From Thermoflexales bacterium (GTDB lineage: Bacteria > Chloroflexota > Anaerolineae > Fen-1058), in contig JBGSPW010000227.1 in NCBI GenBank assembly GCA_041738395.1, positions 45,320 to 77,319 on the forward strand: a stretch of DNA of 32,000 nucleotides, written 5' to 3'. A program made the position numbers and the translations under genes. Position 1 is the stretch's first letter, and each line of letters begins with the position of its first letter. The notes under the pieces were generated by a model, which did not search any database, was not told where the DNA came from, and saw only the letters and a program-made list of their open reading frames with translations. Below, piece by piece: positions 8,673 to 16,958 of this stretch.

Positions 8673-8843
8673 CTTACCTTAGCCGTCATGCCCGAACGCT
8701 TTCGCCTAGCGCGCCCCCGCTTCGTCCTTCGGCAGGGCGTGTCGGGCATCCAGGCTCACCGTTGACGCGCGATGCTGACTGGGCCTCTGGATTCCCTGCG
8801 CGGGAATGACGAATTCTGCAAGACTTTCGTGGCTGGACCTAAG
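8673..8843. repeat. Family B compound palindromic element, copy 1 (degenerate ends)
   Basis: It shares these modules with 16818-16947: agccgtcatgccc, gtcgggcatcca, ggcctctggattccc and gcgggaatgac. Internal stems include atgcccga-acgc (8687-8699) with gcgtgtcgggcat (8737-8749), and attccc/gggaat around 8791-8807. The outer inverted repeats are only partly preserved (cttag / ctaag). Confidence 0.6.
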
Positions 8844-8889
8844 CGGCTGCACCCGAAATGAAGCATCCATGGTGTGCAAGGAGTTCATC

Positions 8890-10752
8890 ATGCTCAACCC
8901 AATCAACCTCGATCCGAACGCCCCGTGGAAACAGCGCTTCAAAGCCACGCGCTTTTTGCTGGCCTATATGGCGCGCACGAATCCTGATCGCGGGATTGTG
9001 ATCGGCAATCAGGTGAATTCGTATCAAGTCTACGCGTGGCAGACGACCAGTGGCGAATTGCAGCTGCTCACCGAGCGATCGGGGCCTACCAATCGCGGCT
9101 GGATTGCGCCCGACGGTCAATACGTGTACTTCCTCGACGATCAAGCGGGCAATGAGTTGGGCCATCTCACCCGCGTGCCGTTTGAAGACGGCGCGTTCGA
9201 AGATGTGACACCGCATCTGCCGCCCTACACCTTGCGCGGCCTGGGCCTCAGTCGCAATGGCAGAATGTTGGCCTTCGACGCTGTGAACAAGGACGGCTTT
9301 CAACTCTATGGCGTCACACTCGGCCCGCACGGCGAATTGAGCGAGCCGCGCTTGATCTTCAAGAGCGAGAAAGAAGCGTGGGGCGCACTGCTCTCCAGCG
9401 ATGGCACGATCGCCGGGATGATGTCCACGGCGCGCGCTGCCGGCCAACGGCGGCGCAGCCTGCTCGCCATCGATACCGACGATGGTCGCCTCGTGAATGA
9501 AGTGTGGGATGGCCCGCAGGCCGACATCGAGATTGTGACCTTCTCGCCGCAGCCTGACGATTCGCGCATTTTAGCCATGACCTCTCGAGCGGGTTTCAAG
9601 CGCCCCTTCGTTTGGAATCCGTTGACCGATGAACGACTCGATCTGGAGTGCGGTGATCTACCCGGCGAGATCGTGCCACTCGATTGGTCGCCGGACGGCA
9701 CGAGTATTTTGCTGTGCCAGCTCTTTCGCGGGGGACAACAGCTCTACGGGTACCGCTTAGCCGATCGGGCTTTGACGCGCCTCGATCATCCCGAAGGCAC
9801 GTTCTACGATCCCATCATTGGCGTGCCGGGTGAAGGCGAGAGTCCCTGGTTTGGATCGAATGAAGAGATCTGGGGCATCTGGGAAGACTCGGCCTCGCCC
9901 ACGCGCCTCATCGCGCTGGACGCAGAGACCGGAACTCTGACGCGTATCATGATCCCCGCGCTCGAAGTGCCGCCCGGTCGGGCGTTGCGATCGATCACGT
10001 TCCCTTCATCAGATGGTCAGGAAGTTCAAGCGTGGCTCGGCCTGCCCGCTGGTGACGGCCCGTTCCCGCTCGTGTTCGACATTCACGGCGGGCCGCATGC
10101 GGTGCGCACCAACTACTTCCGTTTGACCGGCCAGGCCTGGCTCGATCACGGCTTCGCCTACTGCGCCCTCAACTATCGCGGCTCGCTGACGTTTGGGCGC
10201 GCCTTCAAAGAACAAATCTGGGGCGACATCGGCCACTGGGAATTGGAAGACCTCGTCGCCGCGCGCGCGTATCTGGTGGAACAGGGATTTGCGATCCCCG
10301 AAGCTGTCTTTCTCTTTGGCGAATCCTACGGCGGATACATGACGCTGTTTGCGTTGGGCAAACGACCAGAACTATGGGCCGGTGGCATGCCGATGGTGGC
10401 CATCGCCGATTTCGCGCTGGCTTACGAAGACGCCTCGGATGCGCTGAAAAGTTTCTTCGCCGGTCTGTTCGGCGGCACGCCCGCGCAGAAACCGGAGCAG
10501 TACGCCGCCAGCTCGCCGATCACCTATGCCGAAAACGTGCGCGCGCCGATCTACATCATGCAAGGCAAACACGACACGCGCACGCCGCCGCGCCAGATCG
10601 AGTTGTATGAAGCGAAGTTGAAGGCGCTGGGCAAATCGATCGAGGTGGAGTGGTTCGACGCCGGTCATACCGGCCTCAGCGCCGAACTGTGGATTCACTT
10701 TCAAGAGCGCATGCTGGTGTTCGCGCAGCAGGCGCTCAACAATCATGCATGA
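8890..10752 (+). CDS. S9 family serine peptidase (prolyl oligopeptidase / acylaminoacyl-peptidase type) with N-terminal beta-propeller
   Basis: The track ORF starts at 8806 inside the repeat. I prefer the ATG at 8890 (MLNPINLD..), which has AAGGAG 6 nt upstream. Catalytic motifs are GESYGGYM (Ser), GKHDTRTP (Asp) and DAGHTG (His). Confidence 0.85.
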   Translation: MLNPINLDPNAPWKQRFKATRFLLAYMARTNPDRGIVIGNQVNSYQVYAWQTTSGELQLLTERSGPTNRGWIAPDGQYVYFLDDQAGNELGHLTRVPFEDGAFEDVTPHLPPYTLRGLGLSRNGRMLAFDAVNKDGFQLYGVTLGPHGELSEPRLIFKSEKEAWGALLSSDGTIAGMMSTARAAGQRRRSLLAIDTDDGRLVNEVWDGPQADIEIVTFSPQPDDSRILAMTSRAGFKRPFVWNPLTDERLDLECGDLPGEIVPLDWSPDGTSILLCQLFRGGQQLYGYRLADRALTRLDHPEGTFYDPIIGVPGEGESPWFGSNEEIWGIWEDSASPTRLIALDAETGTLTRIMIPALEVPPGRALRSITFPSSDGQEVQAWLGLPAGDGPFPLVFDIHGGPHAVRTNYFRLTGQAWLDHGFAYCALNYRGSLTFGRAFKEQIWGDIGHWELEDLVAARAYLVEQGFAIPEAVFLFGESYGGYMTLFALGKRPELWAGGMPMVAIADFALAYEDASDALKSFFAGLFGGTPAQKPEQYAASSPITYAENVRAPIYIMQGKHDTRTPPRQIELYEAKLKALGKSIEVEWFDAGHTGLSAELWIHFQERMLVFAQQALNNHA

Positions 10753-10771
10753 ATTTCATTGGAGGATGATC

Positions 10772-11632
10772 ATGGCCGTCAATTACAAATACGAACTCGT
10801 CGGAGTGCTGGGCTATCCCGTAGCCGAGAATCCCACCTGCGTCATGCAAGAAGCGGGATTCGCCGCATTGGGGTTGCAGTGGCGCTATCTGACGATGGAG
10901 GTCAAGCCCGAAGCCTTGCCCGACGCGATGCGCGGCGTGCGCGCGCTGGGCCTGCGAGGCATCAACCTGACCATTCCGCACAAGGTGGCGGTGATGGCGC
11001 TGCTCGACGACATCGCGCCCGATGCGAAGCTGATCGGCGCGGTGAACACCGTGCGGCGTGAAGGCGATCGCTTGATCGGTGAGAACACGGACGGCAAAGG
11101 CTTTCTGCGCGGCCTGCGCGAATCCGGCATCGAACCACGCGGCAAACGCATCGTCGTGTTAGGCGCGGGCGGCGCGGCGCGCGCCATCACGGTCGAGCTC
11201 GCTTTAGCGGGCACGGCCGAACTGATCGTGATTAACCGCGGCGTCGAGCGCGGCCAGGCATTGGTGGCCGATCTCAAATCTCGTACGGGAGCCAATGCGC
11301 AATTCAAGCCGTGGAGCGCGACGGTTGCGATCGGGCCGGAGACAGACGTCTTGGTCAACGCCACCTCGATCGGCCTGTACCCCGACGTCGATGCGACGCC
11401 CGACGTCGATCTGAAATCCGCGCGAACCGATCTGTTGGTCTGCGATGTGATCCCCAATCCGCCAGAGACGCGTTTGATCCAGCGTGCGCGGGCGCAAGGA
11501 TTGAAGACGCTGACCGGCCTGCCCATGTTGGTGTATCAAGGCACCATCGGCTTCGAGATGTGGACGGGGCAGCCGGCACCCGAAGCGGCGATGAAGCACG
11601 CGCTCGAACTGGCTTTTGGAATCAACGGATAA
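10772..11632 (+). CDS. aroE: Shikimate dehydrogenase
   Basis: I place the start at ATG 10772 (MAVNYKYELVGVLGYP..), which has GGAGG 6 nt upstream. AroE motifs are GINLTIPHK, GAVNTV, NTDGKGF and the Rossmann motif VLGAGGAARA. Confidence 0.85.
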   Translation: MAVNYKYELVGVLGYPVAENPTCVMQEAGFAALGLQWRYLTMEVKPEALPDAMRGVRALGLRGINLTIPHKVAVMALLDDIAPDAKLIGAVNTVRREGDRLIGENTDGKGFLRGLRESGIEPRGKRIVVLGAGGAARAITVELALAGTAELIVINRGVERGQALVADLKSRTGANAQFKPWSATVAIGPETDVLVNATSIGLYPDVDATPDVDLKSARTDLLVCDVIPNPPETRLIQRARAQGLKTLTGLPMLVYQGTIGFEMWTGQPAPEAAMKHALELAFGING

Positions 11633-11636
11633 ACGA

Positions 11637-11697
11637 AGAAACCGTGTTTCTCCGGTTAGGCAGGAATTGAAGGTTATCATGGAGAAACCCGGTTTCT
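11637..11697. repeat. Family C paired palindrome; possible terminator after aroE
   Basis: agaaaccgtgtttctcc at 11637-11653 and ggagaaacccggtttct at 11681-11697. Each is self-complementary and the two are complementary to each other. The element begins 5 nt after the aroE stop. Confidence 0.55.
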
Positions 11698-11747
11698 GAT
11701 CGACGCTTTCCCACGAAATGAAAAACAGCAGTGACCAGGAGACAGTC

Positions 11748-12173
11748 ATGAACCAGTACACCAGTTTAGGTCATGCCGAAGCACAACGGGCCAGCCAGGC
11801 CATTCAAACCGAATTGGTGAAGCGCGGCCAAGCGGCGGTAATCGCAGTAGCCGACGCCCACGGCGAATTGATCAGTCTGCTGCGGCTCGATGGCGCACCC
11901 CTGCCCTCGATCGTGATTGCGACCAACAAGGCGTGGACGGCCGCGCGCGAGCGTAAGCCCAGCCGTGACATCGGCCAGGCCGCACGTGATCCGGTTCACG
12001 GCTTTGACCTGGCCAACTTCGGCGATGCGCGTTACATCGGTTGGGGCGGCGGCGTGCCGGTGATCATCGATGGCGTCGTCGTCGGTTCGGTGGCCGTGAG
12101 TGGCTTGCCGGAACAAGAAGATATGGAAGTGGTGCAGATCGGCGTGGCGGCGATTCTCGACACGCTGAAGTAA
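11748..12173 (+). CDS. GlcG/HbpS-like (DUF336) protein
   Basis: I place the start at ATG 11748 (MNQYTSL..), which has AGGAGA 5 nt upstream. The family pattern is AVIAVADAHGELISLLRLDGAP..ATNKAWTAA..WGGGVPVIIDGVVVGSVAVSGLPEQEDMEV. Confidence 0.75.
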   Translation: MNQYTSLGHAEAQRASQAIQTELVKRGQAAVIAVADAHGELISLLRLDGAPLPSIVIATNKAWTAARERKPSRDIGQAARDPVHGFDLANFGDARYIGWGGGVPVIIDGVVVGSVAVSGLPEQEDMEVVQIGVAAILDTLK

Positions 12174-12182
12174 TCGACCATC

Positions 12183-12539
12183 ATGCGCCTTCAACACGCC
12201 GATTCGATAGCGGCCAAAGGTTGGTACGTTGGCCCGTGGAATTCTGATTTACCGATCGCGATCGGGTATGCCAACGCCGGCGTTGACGAACCACACGCGC
12301 ACATCGCCATTACCGAAATCTATGTCGTCGCGCGCGGCACGTCTGAAATCCGTATCGAGCAGGAAACGATCACTTTGCAAGTTGGCGATCTGCTCGTCGT
12401 CGAACCGGGCGAAGCGCATACGTTCTTATCCAATTCACCCGACTACTTTCACATCGTGCTGCACACACCGGCTTTGTCCGGTGATCAGGCCCGTCTTGAT
12501 AAACAGTCGGTGCCGCGATCACGGTTGGGCCTGGACTGA
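12183..12539 (+). CDS. Cupin-domain protein
   Basis: 118 aa with the two cupin motifs: HAHIAITEIYVVARG ... GDLLVVEPGEAHTF. Confidence 0.7.
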   Translation: MRLQHADSIAAKGWYVGPWNSDLPIAIGYANAGVDEPHAHIAITEIYVVARGTSEIRIEQETITLQVGDLLVVEPGEAHTFLSNSPDYFHIVLHTPALSGDQARLDKQSVPRSRLGLD

Positions 12540-12566
12540 TAACTACCGAGCAGAGGAGACGCGTCT

Positions 12567-13550
12567 GTGACCCCCATCTATGAAAATGATCTCGGCGATC
12601 CGCGCGATCTATTCTTGCGCGACGCGCAAGCTGAAACCGTCGAATGGCGGGGACGCCGCGCGTTGAAGTTGAGCGGTCTGGCCGTGGTTCCGACTCTGTC
12701 GCTGGCGGAGGGCCACGTCGAGGTTCAGATCGGAGCGGACGGGACGGCTTATCCAGGCATCGTTTTTCGCATGGCCGATGTGCTGAATTACGAACTGGCT
12801 TACGCGCAACCTCACACCAGCGGTAAATGGGATGCGCTGCAATACGATCCGGTGTTTCACGGCTCCAATACGTGGCAGCTCTATCACGGCGAAGCGTATC
12901 AAAAAGCAGCCAAGGTCCCGACCGGCGCGTGGTTCAAGTTCTCGATCGATTTCAAAGACCAGTGGGCGCGGATTCGTCTCGGCGATCAAGCGCCGCTCAT
13001 CGTTCCGCGCTTAGCGCAGCCGCAGGCAACCGGGTTCATCGGCCTGTGGACTTTCTTGCCCGCCTACTTCTGCGACTTGCGCGTCTCAACGCTGTCAGGC
13101 GATGCGCCGTTAGCAGCTGCCCTATCACCGATCGATCCTTCGACCATCACGGCGTGGTTCATGGAAGGTTTCGGAGCGATCGAGTGTGAGCCAACCGGCA
13201 GTTTGAATCTCAATCGTTATCTGCCGGCTTCATTCGGCCACGTGCGTCTCTCACGCTGGATCGAAGTCCTCAGCGCCGAACCGATCGAGCTGGAGTTTGG
13301 CTTCAGCGATGAGCTGACCCTGCGCCTCGATGATCAAGTCGTCTTCACCGGGCAGAACATTTTTCACGACGCGCCGGAATGGGAGCAGCGCGGCTACGTC
13401 GCACCGACGAATTGCCTACGGCACACGCTGGCGCCGGGGCGGCATCAACTCAGCGCCGAATTGAAGGGCAGCGAACCCTATTTCGGTTGGGGATTGATTA
13501 TGAAGCTGCGGGGAGAGAATCTCAAGCTGCGGCCTGTCAATCTTGGATGA
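12567..13550 (+). CDS. Hypothetical protein, probably a beta-sandwich (concanavalin/LamG-like) two-domain protein
   Basis: 327-aa ORF with a GTG start at 12567 and GAGGAG 8 nt upstream. The N-terminal half loosely resembles DUF1080-type jelly rolls (GHVEVQIGADGTAYPGIVFR..NYELAY). The family call is weak. Confidence 0.5.
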   Translation: MTPIYENDLGDPRDLFLRDAQAETVEWRGRRALKLSGLAVVPTLSLAEGHVEVQIGADGTAYPGIVFRMADVLNYELAYAQPHTSGKWDALQYDPVFHGSNTWQLYHGEAYQKAAKVPTGAWFKFSIDFKDQWARIRLGDQAPLIVPRLAQPQATGFIGLWTFLPAYFCDLRVSTLSGDAPLAAALSPIDPSTITAWFMEGFGAIECEPTGSLNLNRYLPASFGHVRLSRWIEVLSAEPIELEFGFSDELTLRLDDQVVFTGQNIFHDAPEWEQRGYVAPTNCLRHTLAPGRHQLSAELKGSEPYFGWGLIMKLRGENLKLRPVNLG

Positions 13551-13563
13551 AAGCAATGCCAAT

Positions 13564-13616
13564 GAGAAACCGGGGCTCTCCTAGTAAATCGTGGAGAGCC
13601 CCGGTTTCTTTGTTTA
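13564..13616. terminator. Bidirectional intrinsic terminator built from a family C palindrome
   Basis: A 17-bp perfect stem pairs agaaaccggggctctcc (13565-13581) with ggagagccccggtttct (13593-13609). The loop is 11 nt and a T-rich tail follows (ttctttgttt). It sits between the convergent genes ending at 13550 (+) and 13678 (-). Confidence 0.6.
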
Positions 13617-13677
13617 TCGTGCAGTGGCTATGAACTCCGCGTGAGGTTCAGTCGCCGAGACACTGGAGCGATCCGGT

Positions 13678-15315
13678 TCAGTCCTTGCTCCCCAGCTCGA
13701 TGATCACACTCTCGTAAGGACGGAGCGCAAAAGAGTTCAGCGTCACCGGTTCTTCACGATCCAAGTGCGTGGACAACACGATCGTGCCTTTGTCTTCACC
13801 GTGGATCGTCACTTGTCTCGATTCAGCGGCAAAGTTCAGCGCGATGAGACGGCGCGCATCATCAGCCTCGCGCACGTAAACAAAGCAATTATCGGCCTCC
13901 ACATCGATCGGGCGATAGCGACCGCCGTACAACGCAGGCTGCTGGCGGCGGTACCACACCAAGCGCCGATAGAGACTCAGCAGCGATGTTGGATCTTGTG
14001 ATTGCTGCGCGACGTTGCGTGTGACGAAATCCGTCGAGACCGGCAGCCACGGTTCAACCGTGGAGAATCCAGCATTAGGACTGGCATCCCACTGCATCGG
14101 CGTGCGGGTTACATCCCGTGTGCGGGCAGCGCCCAAATTCTTGCCCTGCGGATCTTGTATCTTCTCCGGCGGAATCAGGCCGTTCTCCAAGCCCAGCTCA
14201 TCGCCGTAGTACAGGGTGGGCGTACCGCGCAGCGTGAGTAACATCATCGCCGCCAGGCGCGCTTGCGCCTGTCCGCCAAAACGCGAAGCGAGACGCGGTT
14301 GATCGTGATTGCCCAACACGTAATTGGGCCACGCAAAATCGGGCAGCGTTGCTTCCATTTCATCCACGGATCGGCGCATGGCTTCCGCCCGCCAGGGTTC
14401 ATACATCAAACGAAAGTTGAAGGGCAGCTGCAACTCATCGCCCTGCTCGCCGTAATAGCGCACCCAGCGCGGCAGCGGCCCCCACAATTCGCCGATGCCG
14501 CAGCGATCGTCGAATTCATCCAGCACCCCGCGAATCTCACGAATGACGTCGTGCACCTCGTCCTGATCCATGTTGTAGATGTGCAGCAAGCGGCTCTGGA
14601 GATCGTTGGGCGGCAGATTCGGATCGGCGTCAGGATTGGGCGGATTGTCGCGCAGGTCTTGGTCTTTGATGATCAACCCGATCACATCCATGCGAAAGCC
14701 GTCGACGCCGCGCTTGAGCCAGAAGCGCAGCACATCCAGCATCGCCGCGCGCAGCGCCGGATGGCGCCAATTCAGATCGGGCTGTTCTTTGACGAATTGA
14801 TGCAGATAATACTGGCCCGTCGCCGCATCGAACGTCCAGGCCGGGCCGCCGAAGAAGCTGCCCCAGTTGTTGGGCGGTGATCCATCGGACTTGGGATCGC
14901 GCCAGATGTACCAATCGCGCTGAGGATGGTTACGACTGCTGCGCGAGGCGGTAAACCACGGATGCTGATCGGAGGTGTGATTGGGCACCCAATCGATGAT
15001 GACTTTGATGCCGCGCCGATGGGCTTCGGCCACCAACCGATCGAACGTGGCGAGATCCCCAAAGAGCGGATCGACGTCGCAGTAATCGGCCACATCGTAG
15101 CCGAAATCTTTCATGGGCGAAGGGTAGAACGGGCTGAGCCAGATCGCATCCACCCCCAGCGACGCGGAGGTGCCATCGTTCAGATAGTCGAGATGCGCGA
15201 GGATGCCGGCGAGATCGCCGACGCCGTTCTGCGTTGTATCTTGAAAACTGCGCGGGTAGATTTGATAAACGACGCCGCGCTGCCACCAATGCAGGATTGA
15301 GAGATCGTTGGTCAT
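13678..15315 (-). CDS. GH13 alpha-glucosidase / oligo-1,6-glucosidase family enzyme
   Basis: The track ORF extends to 15396. I prefer the ATG at 15313-15315 (MTNDLSILHWWQRGVVYQIYPRSF), which matches the usual N-terminus. GH13 regions are DWVPNHTS, GVDGFRMDVI, IGELWG and LGNHDQPR. Confidence 0.88.
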   Translation of the reverse strand: MTNDLSILHWWQRGVVYQIYPRSFQDTTQNGVGDLAGILAHLDYLNDGTSASLGVDAIWLSPFYPSPMKDFGYDVADYCDVDPLFGDLATFDRLVAEAHRRGIKVIIDWVPNHTSDQHPWFTASRSSRNHPQRDWYIWRDPKSDGSPPNNWGSFFGGPAWTFDAATGQYYLHQFVKEQPDLNWRHPALRAAMLDVLRFWLKRGVDGFRMDVIGLIIKDQDLRDNPPNPDADPNLPPNDLQSRLLHIYNMDQDEVHDVIREIRGVLDEFDDRCGIGELWGPLPRWVRYYGEQGDELQLPFNFRLMYEPWRAEAMRRSVDEMEATLPDFAWPNYVLGNHDQPRLASRFGGQAQARLAAMMLLTLRGTPTLYYGDELGLENGLIPPEKIQDPQGKNLGAARTRDVTRTPMQWDASPNAGFSTVEPWLPVSTDFVTRNVAQQSQDPTSLLSLYRRLVWYRRQQPALYGGRYRPIDVEADNCFVYVREADDARRLIALNFAAESRQVTIHGEDKGTIVLSTHLDREEPVTLNSFALRPYESVIIELGSKD

Positions 15316-15514
15316 GGAACACCGTCCGGGATGTGAGCGGCGATATTGTACCTGTTCTTCACGTGATCCACAAACAACTAAGCCGCTCCGCAGCAATTCT
15401 CAATATGGCCGCAGTAGCGGCATCCGCAGCAGAGGCGGCTCCCACGCCGCCGGTTTCGCGGGCATGGGAGCCCGCGCGGCTAGTGATGTTGCTCTGCAAA
15501 TCTCAAAAAGAGAA

Positions 15515-15540
15515 TTGCTGGCTGCTCCGCGTGATATAAT
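15515..15540 (+). promoter_or_regulatory. Possible extended -10 promoter for the LCP gene
   Basis: TGATATAAT, i.e. TGnTATAAT with the -10 at 15535-15540. TTGCTG lies at 15515-15520, but the spacer is only 14 nt. It is about 40 nt upstream of the ATG at 15579. Motif match only. Confidence 0.3.
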
Positions 15541-15578
15541 CGCAACGCAGTCATTCACCGCGGAGTTCGATCGGTATT

Positions 15579-16805
15579 ATGCGTGTTTCGCCTCGTTCCC
15601 GCCGCTCGCGCACCCCCGTCATCTGGCTAGTGTTGATGATGGTGTGCGGGGTTGGCTCTGTGATTACCGTCAGTCTCGTACGCGACGCCACGCGCGGCTT
15701 CGATGAAATTTCACTCGCCGCCAGCGATCAGCGCGTCAACGTGTTGCTGCTGGGCATCGATCAGCGTGAAGGCCAGACCGAACCGGCCCGCACCGATACG
15801 ATACTGCTGTTCACGATCGATCCGCAGACAAAAACGGCGGGGATGTTGTCCATCAACCGCGATCTGTGGGTGAAGATTCCGGGGCAGGCGCGCGAAGGCA
15901 AAATCAACACGGCCCACTTCCTGGGCGAAGTGGAACATGTCCCCGGCGGCGGGCCAACTTTAGCCATGCAGACCGTGCAGGCCACCCTGGATATTCCAGT
16001 GCCATACTACATCCGCTTGAACTTCACGGCCTTTGAAAAACTGATCGATATGATCGGCGGCATCGACCTCTTGGTGGCGGAGCCGATCGATGATCCCGAC
16101 TATCCCGATGCGGGCTTCGGCTACGAACCGTTCCACCTCGACGCGGGCTGGCAGCATATGGACGGTCGCACCGCGCTGAAATACGCGCGCACCCGCGCAA
16201 CTCCCGGCAGCGACCTCGATCGCGTCAAGCGCCAGCAGCAAGTGATCCTGACAGTGCGCGACAAAATCTTGAAGAACAAGCAGCTGCCCAACGTGTTGAC
16301 GCAGCTGGGGCCGCTGCTGCAATTGCCCGGCGGGCCGGTGCAGACCAACCTCACGCCCGGCCAGATCGTGGAGTTGAGCAATCTCGCCGCCCAGATCGAT
16401 CGGGACGAGATTCACGCTGTCACTTTGACCGGCGACATGATCAATCCGTACCTCTCGCCGGACGGGCAGGAAGCAATCGTGTTGAAGCCCGGCGTCGTCC
16501 AGCAGCTCCGCGCGCAGTTGTACGCTTCAGTGATCACGCCGAGCGCACCCGCGACCAACGCAGCGGTGCCCCACTCCCCCTTGCCCAGTGTGACGATCAA
16601 TCGGCCGGTCATGACCGTCACCATCGTTCCGCTGGCAACGTCGACCGCGACCGGCCCGCAGATGCATGTGGTGCAACAGGGTGATACACTGTTTTCATTG
16701 GCGCGGCGTTACGGCGTCACCGTCGACGATCTGGTGCGCGCCAATCAACTGGTGGGCGACAGCATTTTCGTGGGACAGCAGTTGATCATTCCATCACCGG
16801 AATAA
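15579..16805 (+). CDS. LytR-CpsA-Psr (LCP) family cell-envelope transferase with C-terminal LysM domain
   Basis: The N-terminus is basic and is followed by a TM anchor (RSRRSRTPVIWLVLMMVCGVGSVITVSL). LCP core motifs are NVLLLGIDQRE..RTDTILLFTID..SINRDLWV. The LysM domain is HVVQQGDTLFSLARRYGVTVDDLVRANQL..GQQLIIP. Confidence 0.85.
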   Translation: MRVSPRSRRSRTPVIWLVLMMVCGVGSVITVSLVRDATRGFDEISLAASDQRVNVLLLGIDQREGQTEPARTDTILLFTIDPQTKTAGMLSINRDLWVKIPGQAREGKINTAHFLGEVEHVPGGGPTLAMQTVQATLDIPVPYYIRLNFTAFEKLIDMIGGIDLLVAEPIDDPDYPDAGFGYEPFHLDAGWQHMDGRTALKYARTRATPGSDLDRVKRQQQVILTVRDKILKNKQLPNVLTQLGPLLQLPGGPVQTNLTPGQIVELSNLAAQIDRDEIHAVTLTGDMINPYLSPDGQEAIVLKPGVVQQLRAQLYASVITPSAPATNAAVPHSPLPSVTINRPVMTVTIVPLATSTATGPQMHVVQQGDTLFSLARRYGVTVDDLVRANQLVGDSIFVGQQLIIPSPE

Positions 16806-16817
16806 ACACAGGAGATG

Positions 16818-16947
16818 GTTACTGCTCAGCCGTCATGCCCCGCGAAGCGTGCTTCTGTCGGGCATCCAAATTCGCAGCTAACACGGCCTCTGGATTCCCG
16901 CCAGAAGCACGCGGGAATGACAGTGCTGCCGTGGACTGAGCAGTAAC
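16818..16947. mobile_element. MITE-like family B element, copy 2, with perfect 12-bp terminal inverted repeats and 8-bp target-site duplication
   Basis: The TIRs are gttactgctcag (16818-16829) and ctgagcagtaac (16936-16947). They are flanked by identical AGGAGATG at 16810-16817 and 16948-16955. The interior is an inverted pair of about 32-nt hairpin units: gtcatgccccgcgaagcgtgcttctgtcgggcatcc and ggattcccgccagaagcacgcgggaatgac. The element has no coding capacity. Confidence 0.65.
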
Positions 16948-16958
16948 AGGAGATGAGC

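Noticed and set aside
8706-8948. The 80-aa minus-strand ORF and the 8806-8889 N-terminal extension of the peptidase ORF.
   Set aside because: Both are translations of the family B palindromic repeat. The peptidase has a much better start at 8890, with AAGGAG at the correct spacing.
15437-15472. A hairpin pairing ggctccca with tgggagcc (plus an inner ccgc/gcgg stem) in the divergent GH13/LCP intergenic region.
   Set aside because: It resembles no riboswitch or known element, is not repeated elsewhere in the window, and has no clear relation to either start codon.
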